A stretch of 64,000 nucleotides of DNA from Bacteroidales bacterium (GTDB lineage Bacteria; Bacteroidota; Bacteroidia; Bacteroidales; Lentimicrobiaceae). The stretch spans positions 260 to 64,259 of the forward strand of contig JBBQIQ010000004.1 in assembly GCA_038325075.1 (NCBI GenBank), in the 5' to 3' direction. The translations under genes and the position numbers were made by a program. The notes below the pieces were generated by a model, which worked only from the letters and a program-made list of their open reading frames with translations, was not told the DNA's origin and searched no databases. Positions 28,768 through 37,383 of the stretch are shown here, one piece after another (the stretch's first letter is position 1; each line of letters begins with the position of its first letter).

Positions 28768-29640
28768 ATGAGAATAAAACAATTCGGTGAATTAACTGAT
28801 CAGAATTCGCAATTTGAAAATGCCAGGGTGGTAATACTGCCGGTACCTTTTGAAGCGGGCAGCAATTGGATAAAAGGTTCTGATAAAGGCCCTGAGGCCC
28901 TGATAGAAGCTTCTGCGTCTATGCATCTCTATGATATTCAGTCTGACTTTGAGCTCTTCAAGCTTGGAATTCACACTGCAGAAGCGGTTAAAGAGGGGAA
29001 ATCGCACGAAAAAATGGTGAAGGAGGTTGAAATCCGGACCATGCAGTTGCTCAAAAAACGAAAGTTCCCTGTTATCATCGGGGGTGAGCATTCTACCGGT
29101 ATTGGATCTATAAAAGCCTGTGCAGAATATTACAAGGACAAAGATTTCTGTGTTTTGCAATTGGGTGCTCACGCCAATCAGCGGCCTGACTATAAAGGAT
29201 TGGCTTATCATCATCGTTGCGTAATGGCGAGGGCTTCAGAACTCGCACCTGTGCTCCAGGTCGGAATCAGAAGCATGAGCGCCGAAGAGAGAGACGGTAT
29301 AAAGCCTGAGCGCGTATTTTATGCACACAACATTCTGGTTGGTTCCAGCAAAACCTGGATGTACGATTTTCTAAACAAGCTGGATAAACATGTCTATATC
29401 TCTATTGATCTTGATGTGTTTGACCCGGCGATTATGGCCGCCACCGCCAATCCTGAGCCAGGGGGGCTGGGCTGGTATCAGGTGCTTGAAATTCTTCAGG
29501 CAGTTGTTGAAAAATCGATTGTTGTTGGGTTTGATGTAACCGGTCTATGTCCGATCAAATACAACAAAGCACCCAATCTGCTGGCTGCAAAACTGTTAGC
29601 ACAGTTGCTGACCTACCGGTTTGCTGGTACACTTAAATAG
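28768..29640 (+). CDS. Agmatinase/ureohydrolase-family protein with a degenerate metal site
   Basis: GGEHS, QVGIRS, SIDLDVFDP, PEPGG present; DAHAD reads GAHAN and the DVVE motif reads DVTG. Confidence 0.85.
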   Translation: MRIKQFGELTDQNSQFENARVVILPVPFEAGSNWIKGSDKGPEALIEASASMHLYDIQSDFELFKLGIHTAEAVKEGKSHEKMVKEVEIRTMQLLKKRKFPVIIGGEHSTGIGSIKACAEYYKDKDFCVLQLGAHANQRPDYKGLAYHHRCVMARASELAPVLQVGIRSMSAEERDGIKPERVFYAHNILVGSSKTWMYDFLNKLDKHVYISIDLDVFDPAIMAATANPEPGGLGWYQVLEILQAVVEKSIVVGFDVTGLCPIKYNKAPNLLAAKLLAQLLTYRFAGTLK

Positions 29641-29927
29641 GGTTTGCTGAAAAATATCTATATTCTTGGAAATAAAATAATTACAAGGTTAAAAAGAGTT
29701 CTAAGTGCATGGAAATACGGCAAGAACATCAAAAAACCTTGCATCAGGATTGAGAATTTCACCCCTTTTGGGTATTGAATAGCCACAAAGTGGCGAAACA
29801 TTGGTAGCAAATCGCAGACTAAGAGGATTTTAAGGTGCAGAGCACCGTAACGTAAAACGTGTAATGTTTTTTATTACGTTTTTCAGCAGACCCTAAATAA
29901 ACCTGATTTCATTCAAATGATTATAAG

Positions 29928-29962
29928 CAAAAAAAAACGCCATTTATCTGACGTTTTTTTTG
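29928..29962. terminator. Possible bidirectional terminator between the speB-like and DHS-like genes
   Basis: CAAAAAAAAACG ... CGTTTTTTTTG inverted repeat (weak stem). Confidence 0.4.
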
Positions 29963-30100
29963 TCTCTTTATCTCAGTTTCTATTCAGAAATACAGCTATT
30001 TTCCTTTTTAGCTTCAACGGACTTTGATTGCAGGCAGATACTACCAATATAGTCCGTCGCCTGCATAACCGCTTCTGACCCAGGATTCTTTACTTTTTAA

Positions 30101-30180
30101 GCTTCGACTACGCTCAGCTCATCGCTTTTTACTTTATACTTTGAGCTTTTAACTTTGAGCTTTGAGTTTTTAACTTTGAC
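30101..30180 (-). repeat. Empty TTCGAC..GCTCA-family palindrome (GCTTCGACTACGCTCAGC) plus a short heptamer array (TTTTAAC/TTTGAGC) after the DHS-like stop
   Basis: Same core as the 4.2-kb nested elements; 7-nt periodicity. Confidence 0.75.
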
Positions 30181-30190
30181 CCTCCTCAAA

Positions 30191-31165
30191 CTACCATCCA
30201 AGTAGCCAGGCGAAAATGAGCGGGGCAACAATGGTGGCATCACTTTCAATTATATATTTCGGAGTGTCGATGTCGAGTTTGCCCCAGGTGATTTTTTCAT
30301 TGGGAACGGCACCAGAATAGGAGCCATAAGAAGTGGTTGAATCGCTGATCTGGCAGAAGTATGACCAGAAAGGAACATCGTGCCATTCAAGGTCCTGATA
30401 CATCATCGGAACCACGCAGATTGGAAAATCGCCTGCAATGCCACCACCGATCTGGAAGAATCCGACACCTTTGCCGGATGAGTTATTGCGATACCAGTCC
30501 GAAAGCCAGACCATATATTCGATACCGGTTTTCATGATAGATGGATTCAACTCTCCCTTAATGCAGTAGGATGCAAAGATATTGCCCATGGTACTGTCTT
30601 CCCAGCCGGGAACAATAATCGGCAGGTTCTTTTCGGCAGCCGCCAACATCCAGGAATGTTTCGGATCAATTTCATAATCCTTTTCCATTACCTTGCTGAG
30701 CAGCAGTTTGTACATGTATTCGTGCGGGAAATAACGCTCACCGGCGGCCTGGGCATCTTTCCATATTTTCTCAATGTGGTGCTGAATCCTGCGAAAGGCT
30801 TCTTCTTCCGGAATACAGGTATCGGTGACCCTGTTCAACCCTTTTTCCAGCAATTCATATTCCTGTTTTGGTGTTAAATCACGGTAATTGGGAACCCTTT
30901 TGTAATGGCTGTGGGCCACCAGGTTCATAATGTCTTCTTCGAGGTTGGCGCCGGTACAACTGATAATCTGCACCTTATCCTGACGGATCATCTCGGCCAG
31001 TGAAATCCCCAGTTCGGCCGTGCTCATGGCACCGGCCAGGGTAATCATCATTTTACCACCTTCGGCCAGATGGGTTTCATAGCCTTTAGCAGCGTCAATA
31101 ACGGTAGCAGCATTGAAATGCCGGTAATGATGCTCAATAAATTGTGAAACAGGACCTCTGTTCAT
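30191..31165 (-). CDS. Deoxyhypusine synthase-like protein (homospermidine-synthesis type)
   Basis: TLAGAMST, SCTGANLEED, QIGGGIAGD, GSYSGAVPNEKITWGK; TATCTTTG promoter at 31183-31190. Confidence 0.92.
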   Translation of the reverse strand: MNRGPVSQFIEHHYRHFNAATVIDAAKGYETHLAEGGKMMITLAGAMSTAELGISLAEMIRQDKVQIISCTGANLEEDIMNLVAHSHYKRVPNYRDLTPKQEYELLEKGLNRVTDTCIPEEEAFRRIQHHIEKIWKDAQAAGERYFPHEYMYKLLLSKVMEKDYEIDPKHSWMLAAAEKNLPIIVPGWEDSTMGNIFASYCIKGELNPSIMKTGIEYMVWLSDWYRNNSSGKGVGFFQIGGGIAGDFPICVVPMMYQDLEWHDVPFWSYFCQISDSTTSYGSYSGAVPNEKITWGKLDIDTPKYIIESDATIVAPLIFAWLLGW

Positions 31166-31200
31166 GGTGTTGATTTTTTTTGCAAAGATAGAAAAAATTG

Positions 31201-31407
31201 CTCAGGGCACAGAGCGCAGAGCACAGAGCTCAGGGCTCAGGGCACATGGAGCGAAGCAGCTTACCCCGCGCTCTTTTGCGGGGGAGTCCCGACCACTTCG
31301 TCGGGAGGGCGCAGGGCTCAGGGCACGGGGCTCAGGGCTTAGGGGCTCAGGGGGCGCAGGGCATGGAGCATGGAGCATGGAGCATGGAGCATGGAGCATG
31401 GAGCACG
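31201..31407 (+). repeat. Heptamer array (GGGCTCA/GAGCACA/GAGCATG) with an embedded 80-bp double-hairpin element (31228-31307)
   Basis: 7-nt periodicity; element repeated at 32368-32447 and 32463-32542. Confidence 0.92.
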
Positions 31408-31684
31408 AAGGAATTTCTAATGTCTATTGAACGGGGCTCGTGAAATAGATGTTTCAGCAAATTTTGTCTCCCCACCTTCACTTCGTTGCGGCGGGCAGGC
31501 TGGTGTCTTTGTCTCTTCGTCTCTAAGTCCCTTCTTCACATCCCTCGCCCCTTCTAAAATAAAGTTGTAATTGCCTGGTTCTTATGCTAATTTTGTGGTA
31601 TTGTTTTTATGCTAATGCATTGATGGATGCATATATTGTCAAAACCAAAATTCAAACGTTGTTACAATCCAAATAAGTAAAGTC

Positions 31685-31900
31685 ATGGACAATACGATTC
31701 TTATTCAATTGACCAATCACAAAGCCCTTGGGCTCTTGCGTGAGATGGAAGAGTTGCAACTGATTAAAGTCTTAAAGGAAAATATTGAACCTCTTAAAAC
31801 CAAATTGTCAGGTAAATATAAAGGTTTTATTACCAAAGAAGAAGGAAAGCAATTAAATGACCATATAAACCAGATGCGAAGCGAATGGAACATTATTTAA
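31685..31900 (+). CDS. Putative antitoxin (VapB-like partner)
   Basis: 71 aa, directly upstream of and overlapping a PIN gene. Confidence 0.7.
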   Translation: MDNTILIQLTNHKALGLLREMEELQLIKVLKENIEPLKTKLSGKYKGFITKEEGKQLNDHINQMRSEWNII

Positions 31901-32268
31901 CCGATACCAATGTTATTTCTGATTATTTTTCGGCCACTCTTCCTTAAAGTGGATTGCAATTTATGGATGCTGTTATTGATGCCGTTCCTAACCTTTCTGT
32001 AATCTCTCAAATAGAACTGCTTTGCTGGAAAGCGGATACTGTTAAAGAAAAACGGATAAAAGACTTTATTGCCGATAGCACTATATATGATAATACCCCC
32101 GATGTTATTACCCATTGCGTGAAGATCCGGCGGAATAAAAAAGCTAAAACCCCGGATGCAATTATTGCTGCTACTGCCCTGTCTCATGGATTTACACTTA
32201 TCACCAACAACGAAAAGGATTTTAAAAATATCAAAGGCCTGAAAATTATAAATCCTTTTAAGGTTTAA
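31885..32268 (+). pseudogene. vapC: VapC/PIN toxin interrupted by an in-frame TAA at codon 21
   Basis: ATG 31885: MEHYLTDTNVISDYFSATLP*SGLQFMDAV...IELL...PDAIIAATA...TNNEKDF; stop at 31945-31947. Confidence 0.85.
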
Positions 32269-32274
32269 TCGAAC

Positions 32275-32810
32275 AGCACAGGGCACAGAGCACAGGGCAT
32301 GAGGCATGAAGCATGGAGCATGGCAAAGCCGTCCCTCGTCCCCACTTCCCGTCCCTCGTCCCATTTAGCTCAGGGCTCAGGGCACATGGAGCGAAGCAGC
32401 TTGCCCCGCACTCTTTTGCGGGGGAATCCCGACCTCTTCGTCGGGAGAGCGCAGAGCACAGAGCTCAGGGCTCAGGGCACATGGAGCGAAGCAGCTTGCC
32501 CCGCACTCTTTTGCGGGGGAATCCCGACCACTTCGTCGGGAGGGCTCAGGGCAAAGAGCATGCGTAGCGAAGCGAAGTCCCGCCCACTTCGGCGGGAGGG
32601 CATGGGGCATTGCTTTGAAAGGTGAGGTTTCGTCTCTTTAGAATTAGACAAAAAGACCAGGGGAAATGGGAACAAGCGGACGCCCGGACCTTCTTTCTCC
32701 ATGTCTCCCGATCTCCATGTCTCCCTGTCTCTTACTTATTGGCAGGAGTTAACTTCAAAATGCATGGGGCATGGAAATTCGTCCCTCGTCCCAAACGTCC
32801 CCTGTCCCTT
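32275..32810 (+). repeat. Composite repeat field: heptamers, two 80-bp double-hairpin elements, one variant lacking the inner hairpin (~32559-32598), and blocks shared with 8.1 kb
   Basis: Direct comparison of copies; source of many spurious ORFs. Confidence 0.9.
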
Positions 32811-32852
32811 ATAGTAAAGGGCAATTTACAGCCATTTCATTTATCTTACTGC

Positions 32853-32887
32853 ATAAAAAAAGCCCCCTTTTCAGGAGGCTTTTTATT
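32853..32887 (-). terminator. Intrinsic terminator of the T9SS cargo gene
   Basis: ATAAAAAAAGCCCCC-TTTTCA-GGAGGCTTTTTATT hairpin. Confidence 0.7.
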
Positions 32888-32902
32888 CAATAGTAAAGAA
32901 GA

Positions 32903-34495
32903 TTAATTCTTCATCAGTTTCTGAACGTACCTTGTACCACTATCACCAACGAAGGTAACGAAATACAATCCGTTGTTCAGTGAAGAAGTGCTGATGGTAA
33001 GGTTATTGGATGTCATTTCAACATCTTGAACTACCTGTCCAAGGGTAGAAGTGATGATTATCCTTTGAACATTGGCTGTGGTGTTGATCTGCAGTTTGTT
33101 GCTAACAGGGTTGGGATACATCTGAACTTTGCCTGCCAGTGGATTTACCGGAACACCGATAAGACCGTCAACACCCCATTTGTAGGTAAGGTTGCAACTT
33201 CCGGCTACGGTGTAGGTGCGGTCTCCGCCTGGTGCAGTATCTCCGCTGCCCCAACCGGCGCCCATGAAGAATTTGAAAGCGATTACGCCATCAGGTAATG
33301 CAAGAGTAATGGAGTAGATTTTATCTCCATCAGGATCCAACATTTCATTATTGGCGTTAGAGCCTGGTTCAGCCCAGGTTCCGTAGATTCCGCCAAGTGC
33401 ACCGGCCAGGAATACCTGCTGTCCTTCAGCAAGACCTGATTCGCTCATATCAACATTGATAACCTGCGATGCTGGAGTAACTGGATTAGGATCATTGTTG
33501 ACAATAATATCATCAAAATAGATGGTGATATCTTCAGTCAGCGTCAAAGGTTCTTCAAAGTCAGGTAAGAAAGCAATGACCGGATAGGTGCCGGTTTTTT
33601 CAGTAAAGTCAAACACAATATCTTCCCATTCATTGATCTTTGTCTGGGGATATTTGCTGAATATTTCACTGTTTCCAGCAGCACCGCCTTCGATTTTAAA
33701 TTTGATAGGGCTGATTCTTGGTTTCCAAACTTTTACATGCACAAATTTGTTAGTTGTAACATCAATAGTAGTTGGAAGTGCTGACCAGAAACCGCCCCAG
33801 GGAACACCGTCTTTATCGCGGTTGTATTTAATAACATAATCGCTCAGGTTAACGCCTGTAGGGTCCGGATTCGGAAGAATCATCATCGTACTCAAATCCT
33901 CAGCACCACCTAACATGTAGTTAAGGGGAATAAACTCATAGTCATCAATCACCTGAACCGGAGCACTTCCGACCGCGGGATCGTTATTTACATAAAGATC
34001 ATCAAAATAGAGGGTGATGTCTTGGGTAAGAGTCAGTGGGGTCTCAAAATCAGGGATAAGAACGATCTTGACGTATTCGCCACTTACTATGCTCATGTCA
34101 AAAACCAGTTCTTCCCATTGGTTAACAGTGGCCTGTGGCTGCATTGGAAACACATCGTTTGAGTTTACTGCACCTTCGTATTTGAAAACTACAGGACTGA
34201 TGCGGGGTTTCCAAATTTTAACGTGAACGTATTTGTTGGCAGTAACATCAATCGGAGTCGGGATGGTTGCATACCAACCTGCCCAAGGATCGCCATCGAA
34301 TCCACGTACCATTTTTACAACATTGGCACTGGTATTGATTCCGGATGGATCTGGATTTGGCATAACAGTTAAAGAACCGTTAGCTCCTGCTGAAAAGATG
34401 TTCATTTTAATAGGCTCGAAGTCTTCAACGGTTTGAGCAATTGTAAAACCGCCCAATGTGAGCAATGTCATTAATAAAAGAGTAAATTTTTTCAT
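32903..34495 (-). CDS. T9SS-secreted protein with two tandem ~155-aa CBM-like repeats and a starch-binding/Ig-like domain
   Basis: Signal peptide; repeats share NPDP.G.N.S..V, KYVHVK.WKPRISP, WE..VFD, YFDD...NNDP; CTD MYPNPV...GLYFV..KLMK. Confidence 0.8.
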   Translation of the reverse strand: MKKFTLLLMTLLTLGGFTIAQTVEDFEPIKMNIFSAGANGSLTVMPNPDPSGINTSANVVKMVRGFDGDPWAGWYATIPTPIDVTANKYVHVKIWKPRISPVVFKYEGAVNSNDVFPMQPQATVNQWEELVFDMSIVSGEYVKIVLIPDFETPLTLTQDITLYFDDLYVNNDPAVGSAPVQVIDDYEFIPLNYMLGGAEDLSTMMILPNPDPTGVNLSDYVIKYNRDKDGVPWGGFWSALPTTIDVTTNKFVHVKVWKPRISPIKFKIEGGAAGNSEIFSKYPQTKINEWEDIVFDFTEKTGTYPVIAFLPDFEEPLTLTEDITIYFDDIIVNNDPNPVTPASQVINVDMSESGLAEGQQVFLAGALGGIYGTWAEPGSNANNEMLDPDGDKIYSITLALPDGVIAFKFFMGAGWGSGDTAPGGDRTYTVAGSCNLTYKWGVDGLIGVPVNPLAGKVQMYPNPVSNKLQINTTANVQRIIITSTLGQVVQDVEMTSNNLTISTSSLNNGLYFVTFVGDSGTRYVQKLMKN

Positions 34496-34841
34496 AGTTG
34501 ATTGGTTTTGGTTAGTAATTTAATTAACCACAAATATAGATTTTTTTTCTGATTGTTTTCAATCCTTTTATAAAAAAAATAGCTGTTTTTTAATAAATAG
34601 TGTTAAAATTACACACAGCCCCCTTATTTTTACAATTCTATTCTAAAATGTTGAAAATGAAATAGCCAAAACAAAATTACTCTGCCCTTCCGGAGGAGAA
34701 ACATATTTCATTTCTATTCTTGAACTGAGTGGTTTAATGGGTAGCGCAGTTTTTTTTTCTATATTAAGGGAAATCAGTTATTTTTGGACATTACAAGGGA
34801 TATTCCCTCATTAATTTTCTGGTTAATTTATCCGCCTTCCT

Positions 34842-35606
34842 GTGACTGTAAACTACACTCAATCAGTTTTGTATGGCCTGCTATTCAGTTTTCTGCTGAG
34901 CAGCTCTGTCAATACAATTGTTTGTAATGCCCAGTCAATCCAACCTGCCCAGGACCTATCGGCCGAGCTTGGCAACAAGTATTTCGATGCAGTTGATTAC
35001 CTCAGGAAAAATACCTGGATGACGGATACATTGATAATGCAAAAAATTCAGCCGGCTTTTGCTTTTGGGATCGTTTTTCCCGGATTGACAAAGTATTCAG
35101 CGATCCGCGATGTGATGGAAACCGGGGCAATCAGGACGCTTTATGTGCAGTCGGGACGAAAGTATGCACATTACACAATAGGAAGGTTTCAGATGAAACC
35201 TTCATTTGCTGAATTGGTTGAGCGCAATGCTACCAGGCAAAAACTTACACCCTATAAGTTTGACCTGAAGAATACTGTTAAAGCAAGGGGAGAGCGGGCC
35301 CGCAGGCTTGATACGCAGGAGTGGCAGGTGCGATACCTGGTTATATTTATCCGCCTGATGGATAAGCGTTTTGCACATATTGTATGGAAGTCGGATGAAG
35401 ATAAACTGCGGTTTTATGCCACAGCTTTCAGCGTTGGTTTTAACCGCGACGAAAGAACCATCAAGCGGATGATGTCAACAAGGACTACGCTCAGAAAGAC
35501 AAAGGATGCGAATTCGAAACACCGCTGCGGGGATGTGGCGCAATGGTTTTATGCCAACGATGGCTATCGGTTTATGGCTGATTTTTCTGAAAAGAATGAA
35601 AATTGA
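34842..35606 (+). CDS. Exported hypothetical protein, possibly lysozyme-like fold
   Basis: GTG start, signal peptide, TIGRFQMKPSFAE resembles the GxxQ motif of lytic transglycosylase-like folds. Confidence 0.55.
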   Translation: MTVNYTQSVLYGLLFSFLLSSSVNTIVCNAQSIQPAQDLSAELGNKYFDAVDYLRKNTWMTDTLIMQKIQPAFAFGIVFPGLTKYSAIRDVMETGAIRTLYVQSGRKYAHYTIGRFQMKPSFAELVERNATRQKLTPYKFDLKNTVKARGERARRLDTQEWQVRYLVIFIRLMDKRFAHIVWKSDEDKLRFYATAFSVGFNRDERTIKRMMSTRTTLRKTKDANSKHRCGDVAQWFYANDGYRFMADFSEKNEN

Positions 35607-35752
35607 AGAGAGTGATAAGAGTGAAGAGTGAAGAGTGAAGAAAGTGAAGAGAGTGAGTAGTGAGTAGTGAGAAATGAGTGGTGCCCTTCGGCTACGCCCA
35701 GGGTAAAAGTAGTGAGTGAAAAGTGAAGAAAGTGAAAAGTGAAAAGTCAAGC
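35602..35752 (+). repeat. Heptamer array (GTGAAAA/GTGAAGA/GTGAGTA) containing an empty host palindrome CCCTTCGGCTACGCCCAGGG (35684-35703)
   Basis: 7-nt periodicity; unoccupied relative of the 4600-4646 host. Confidence 0.88.
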
Positions 35753-35858
35753 GTGGAGTAAAGACGCAATGTATAGTCCTGAAATAGGTTCACATTAAAA
35801 AGGAACTGTCAGACAGACCAATCCTGAAAAAAGAAGCTCAATACAGAGCCAAATACCA

Positions 35859-35900
35859 TGCAAAGAAAAAGACGCGAACACCCGCGTCTTTTTCTTTGCA
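35859..35900. terminator. Bidirectional terminator after susD
   Basis: Perfect hairpin TGCAAAGAAAAAGACGCG-AACACC-CGCGTCTTTTTCTTTGCA. Confidence 0.85.
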
Positions 35901-35912
35901 ATGATTAGAAAA

Positions 35913-37364
35913 TCAGTTAGAATAGTAGCCTGGATTTTGAGTTAACAGTCCTTCTGAAAGATCGATCAATTCCTGGGGAACCGGGAAGAGTTCGTTCTTA
36001 TTTGCTGTGAATCCTTTTCCGGCAAGAACCGTGGCAGCCTGTCCTGTGCGCACCAGGTCAAAGAAACGGTCGCCTTCCATGGCAAGTTCCAGCCTGCGTT
36101 CATTCCACACATCGTTAAGTGTTGGCGAGGCTATTGCCGGAAGACCTGCACGTGACCTAACCAGGTTGAGTGCAGTGGCTGCACCACCGGTATTGCCTCC
36201 ACGCACCATTGCTTCAGCCTGAATAAGCAATACTTCGGCATACCTGAGTACCCTGATATTCTGGCCAGAGCCATATGGGCCAATCACCTGGTAACTTGGC
36301 GGGTAATAGGCTTTGCCATTGTAACGTGGTCTAGAAACACCTTCGAGTGAATTAACCCCGATAATTAAATCACCATCCTTTGTAAGATCACCTTTATAAA
36401 GAATCGTAGTTGCCTTACGCTCTGTGTCTCCGGCTGCATCGAAAGCTGCAGCGAGGTCGTCGGTCGGAATATTGAAACCCCAGCCCCACTGCCCCCGGAC
36501 AGATTGTACCTCAGCATGTTGGCAGAAAGAAACACCGTCGTTTCCCAGAACCTGCTGAGCCTGAATTTCGAAAAGCGATTCGGGACCATTTTCAGCAGGC
36601 ACCCTGAACACATCGTAAAAGTCAAGAAAAAGCGAATACCTGCCCGAACTGATGATTTCTCCAGATAGTCTTTCAGCATCGGCATATCTGCCCATGTATA
36701 GATAAACTTTAGCCAGGATCCCTTTAGCAGCGTCGGAGGTTGCACGTCCCTTGTCGGCATTGCTGTATGAATCGGGAAGAATGCTTATTGCATCGAGCAG
36801 GTCAGCTTCAATAAGGCCGTAAACCTGATCCTTAGGCGTTCTAAAGTTGATTTCAGGCCCAACCGGAACCTGGGTAGGGGTTGGAATGTCGCCAAAAGCC
36901 CGAACGAGATCGAAATAGATCAGCGCTCTCAGAAACCTGGCTTCTGCAATCAGCCTTGTTTTAAGACCATCATTCATGGTAATTTCCGGAATATTGGTGA
37001 TAGACTGATTACACAGGTTGATGCCTCTGTACCTGCCTGCCCAGTAATCTTTTATAACAAACTGACTGGGAGTGTATGCGAAATTATCATAATCATTGAT
37101 AAATGAACCATCCCCTACTTCGCTTCCTTTCATCGAATTATCAGAAGGGACTTCCTGCATGATGAAGTAGGCAAATGCAACCATTTCCCATCCCCGTAAA
37201 TGTGCGTAAATTGAATTGACTGACTGAACAGCATGGTCTTCCGTTTCGAAGAATCCTTCAGCAGGGATAGCCCCTTCCGGAGGAAACTCAAGATAGTCCT
37301 TACAGGAACTAAACGAAAATAGGACAAGAACCATCAGTGTATATATCCACTTGTTTGCTTTCAT
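35913..37364 (-). CDS. susD: RagB/SusD family lipoprotein
   Basis: Lipobox FSSC; EARFLRALIYFDLVRAFG, RYAEVLLIQAEA, ERRLELAMEGDRFFDLVR; likely start MKANKW. Confidence 0.95.
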   Translation of the reverse strand: MKANKWIYTLMVLVLFSFSSCKDYLEFPPEGAIPAEGFFETEDHAVQSVNSIYAHLRGWEMVAFAYFIMQEVPSDNSMKGSEVGDGSFINDYDNFAYTPSQFVIKDYWAGRYRGINLCNQSITNIPEITMNDGLKTRLIAEARFLRALIYFDLVRAFGDIPTPTQVPVGPEINFRTPKDQVYGLIEADLLDAISILPDSYSNADKGRATSDAAKGILAKVYLYMGRYADAERLSGEIISSGRYSLFLDFYDVFRVPAENGPESLFEIQAQQVLGNDGVSFCQHAEVQSVRGQWGWGFNIPTDDLAAAFDAAGDTERKATTILYKGDLTKDGDLIIGVNSLEGVSRPRYNGKAYYPPSYQVIGPYGSGQNIRVLRYAEVLLIQAEAMVRGGNTGGAATALNLVRSRAGLPAIASPTLNDVWNERRLELAMEGDRFFDLVRTGQAATVLAGKGFTANKNELFPVPQELIDLSEGLLTQNPGYYSN

Positions 37365-37383
37365 GATTGTACGTTTTATTAGG

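Noticed and set aside
29975-30100. Short minus-strand peptide (MQATDYIGSICLQ...) as a gene remnant
   Set aside because: Too short and not assignable by eye.
31164-32906. Multiple overlapping ORFs in the 31.2 and 32.3-32.9 kb fields (HGAWSME, AQGSGHMERSS)
   Set aside because: Repeat-derived open frames.
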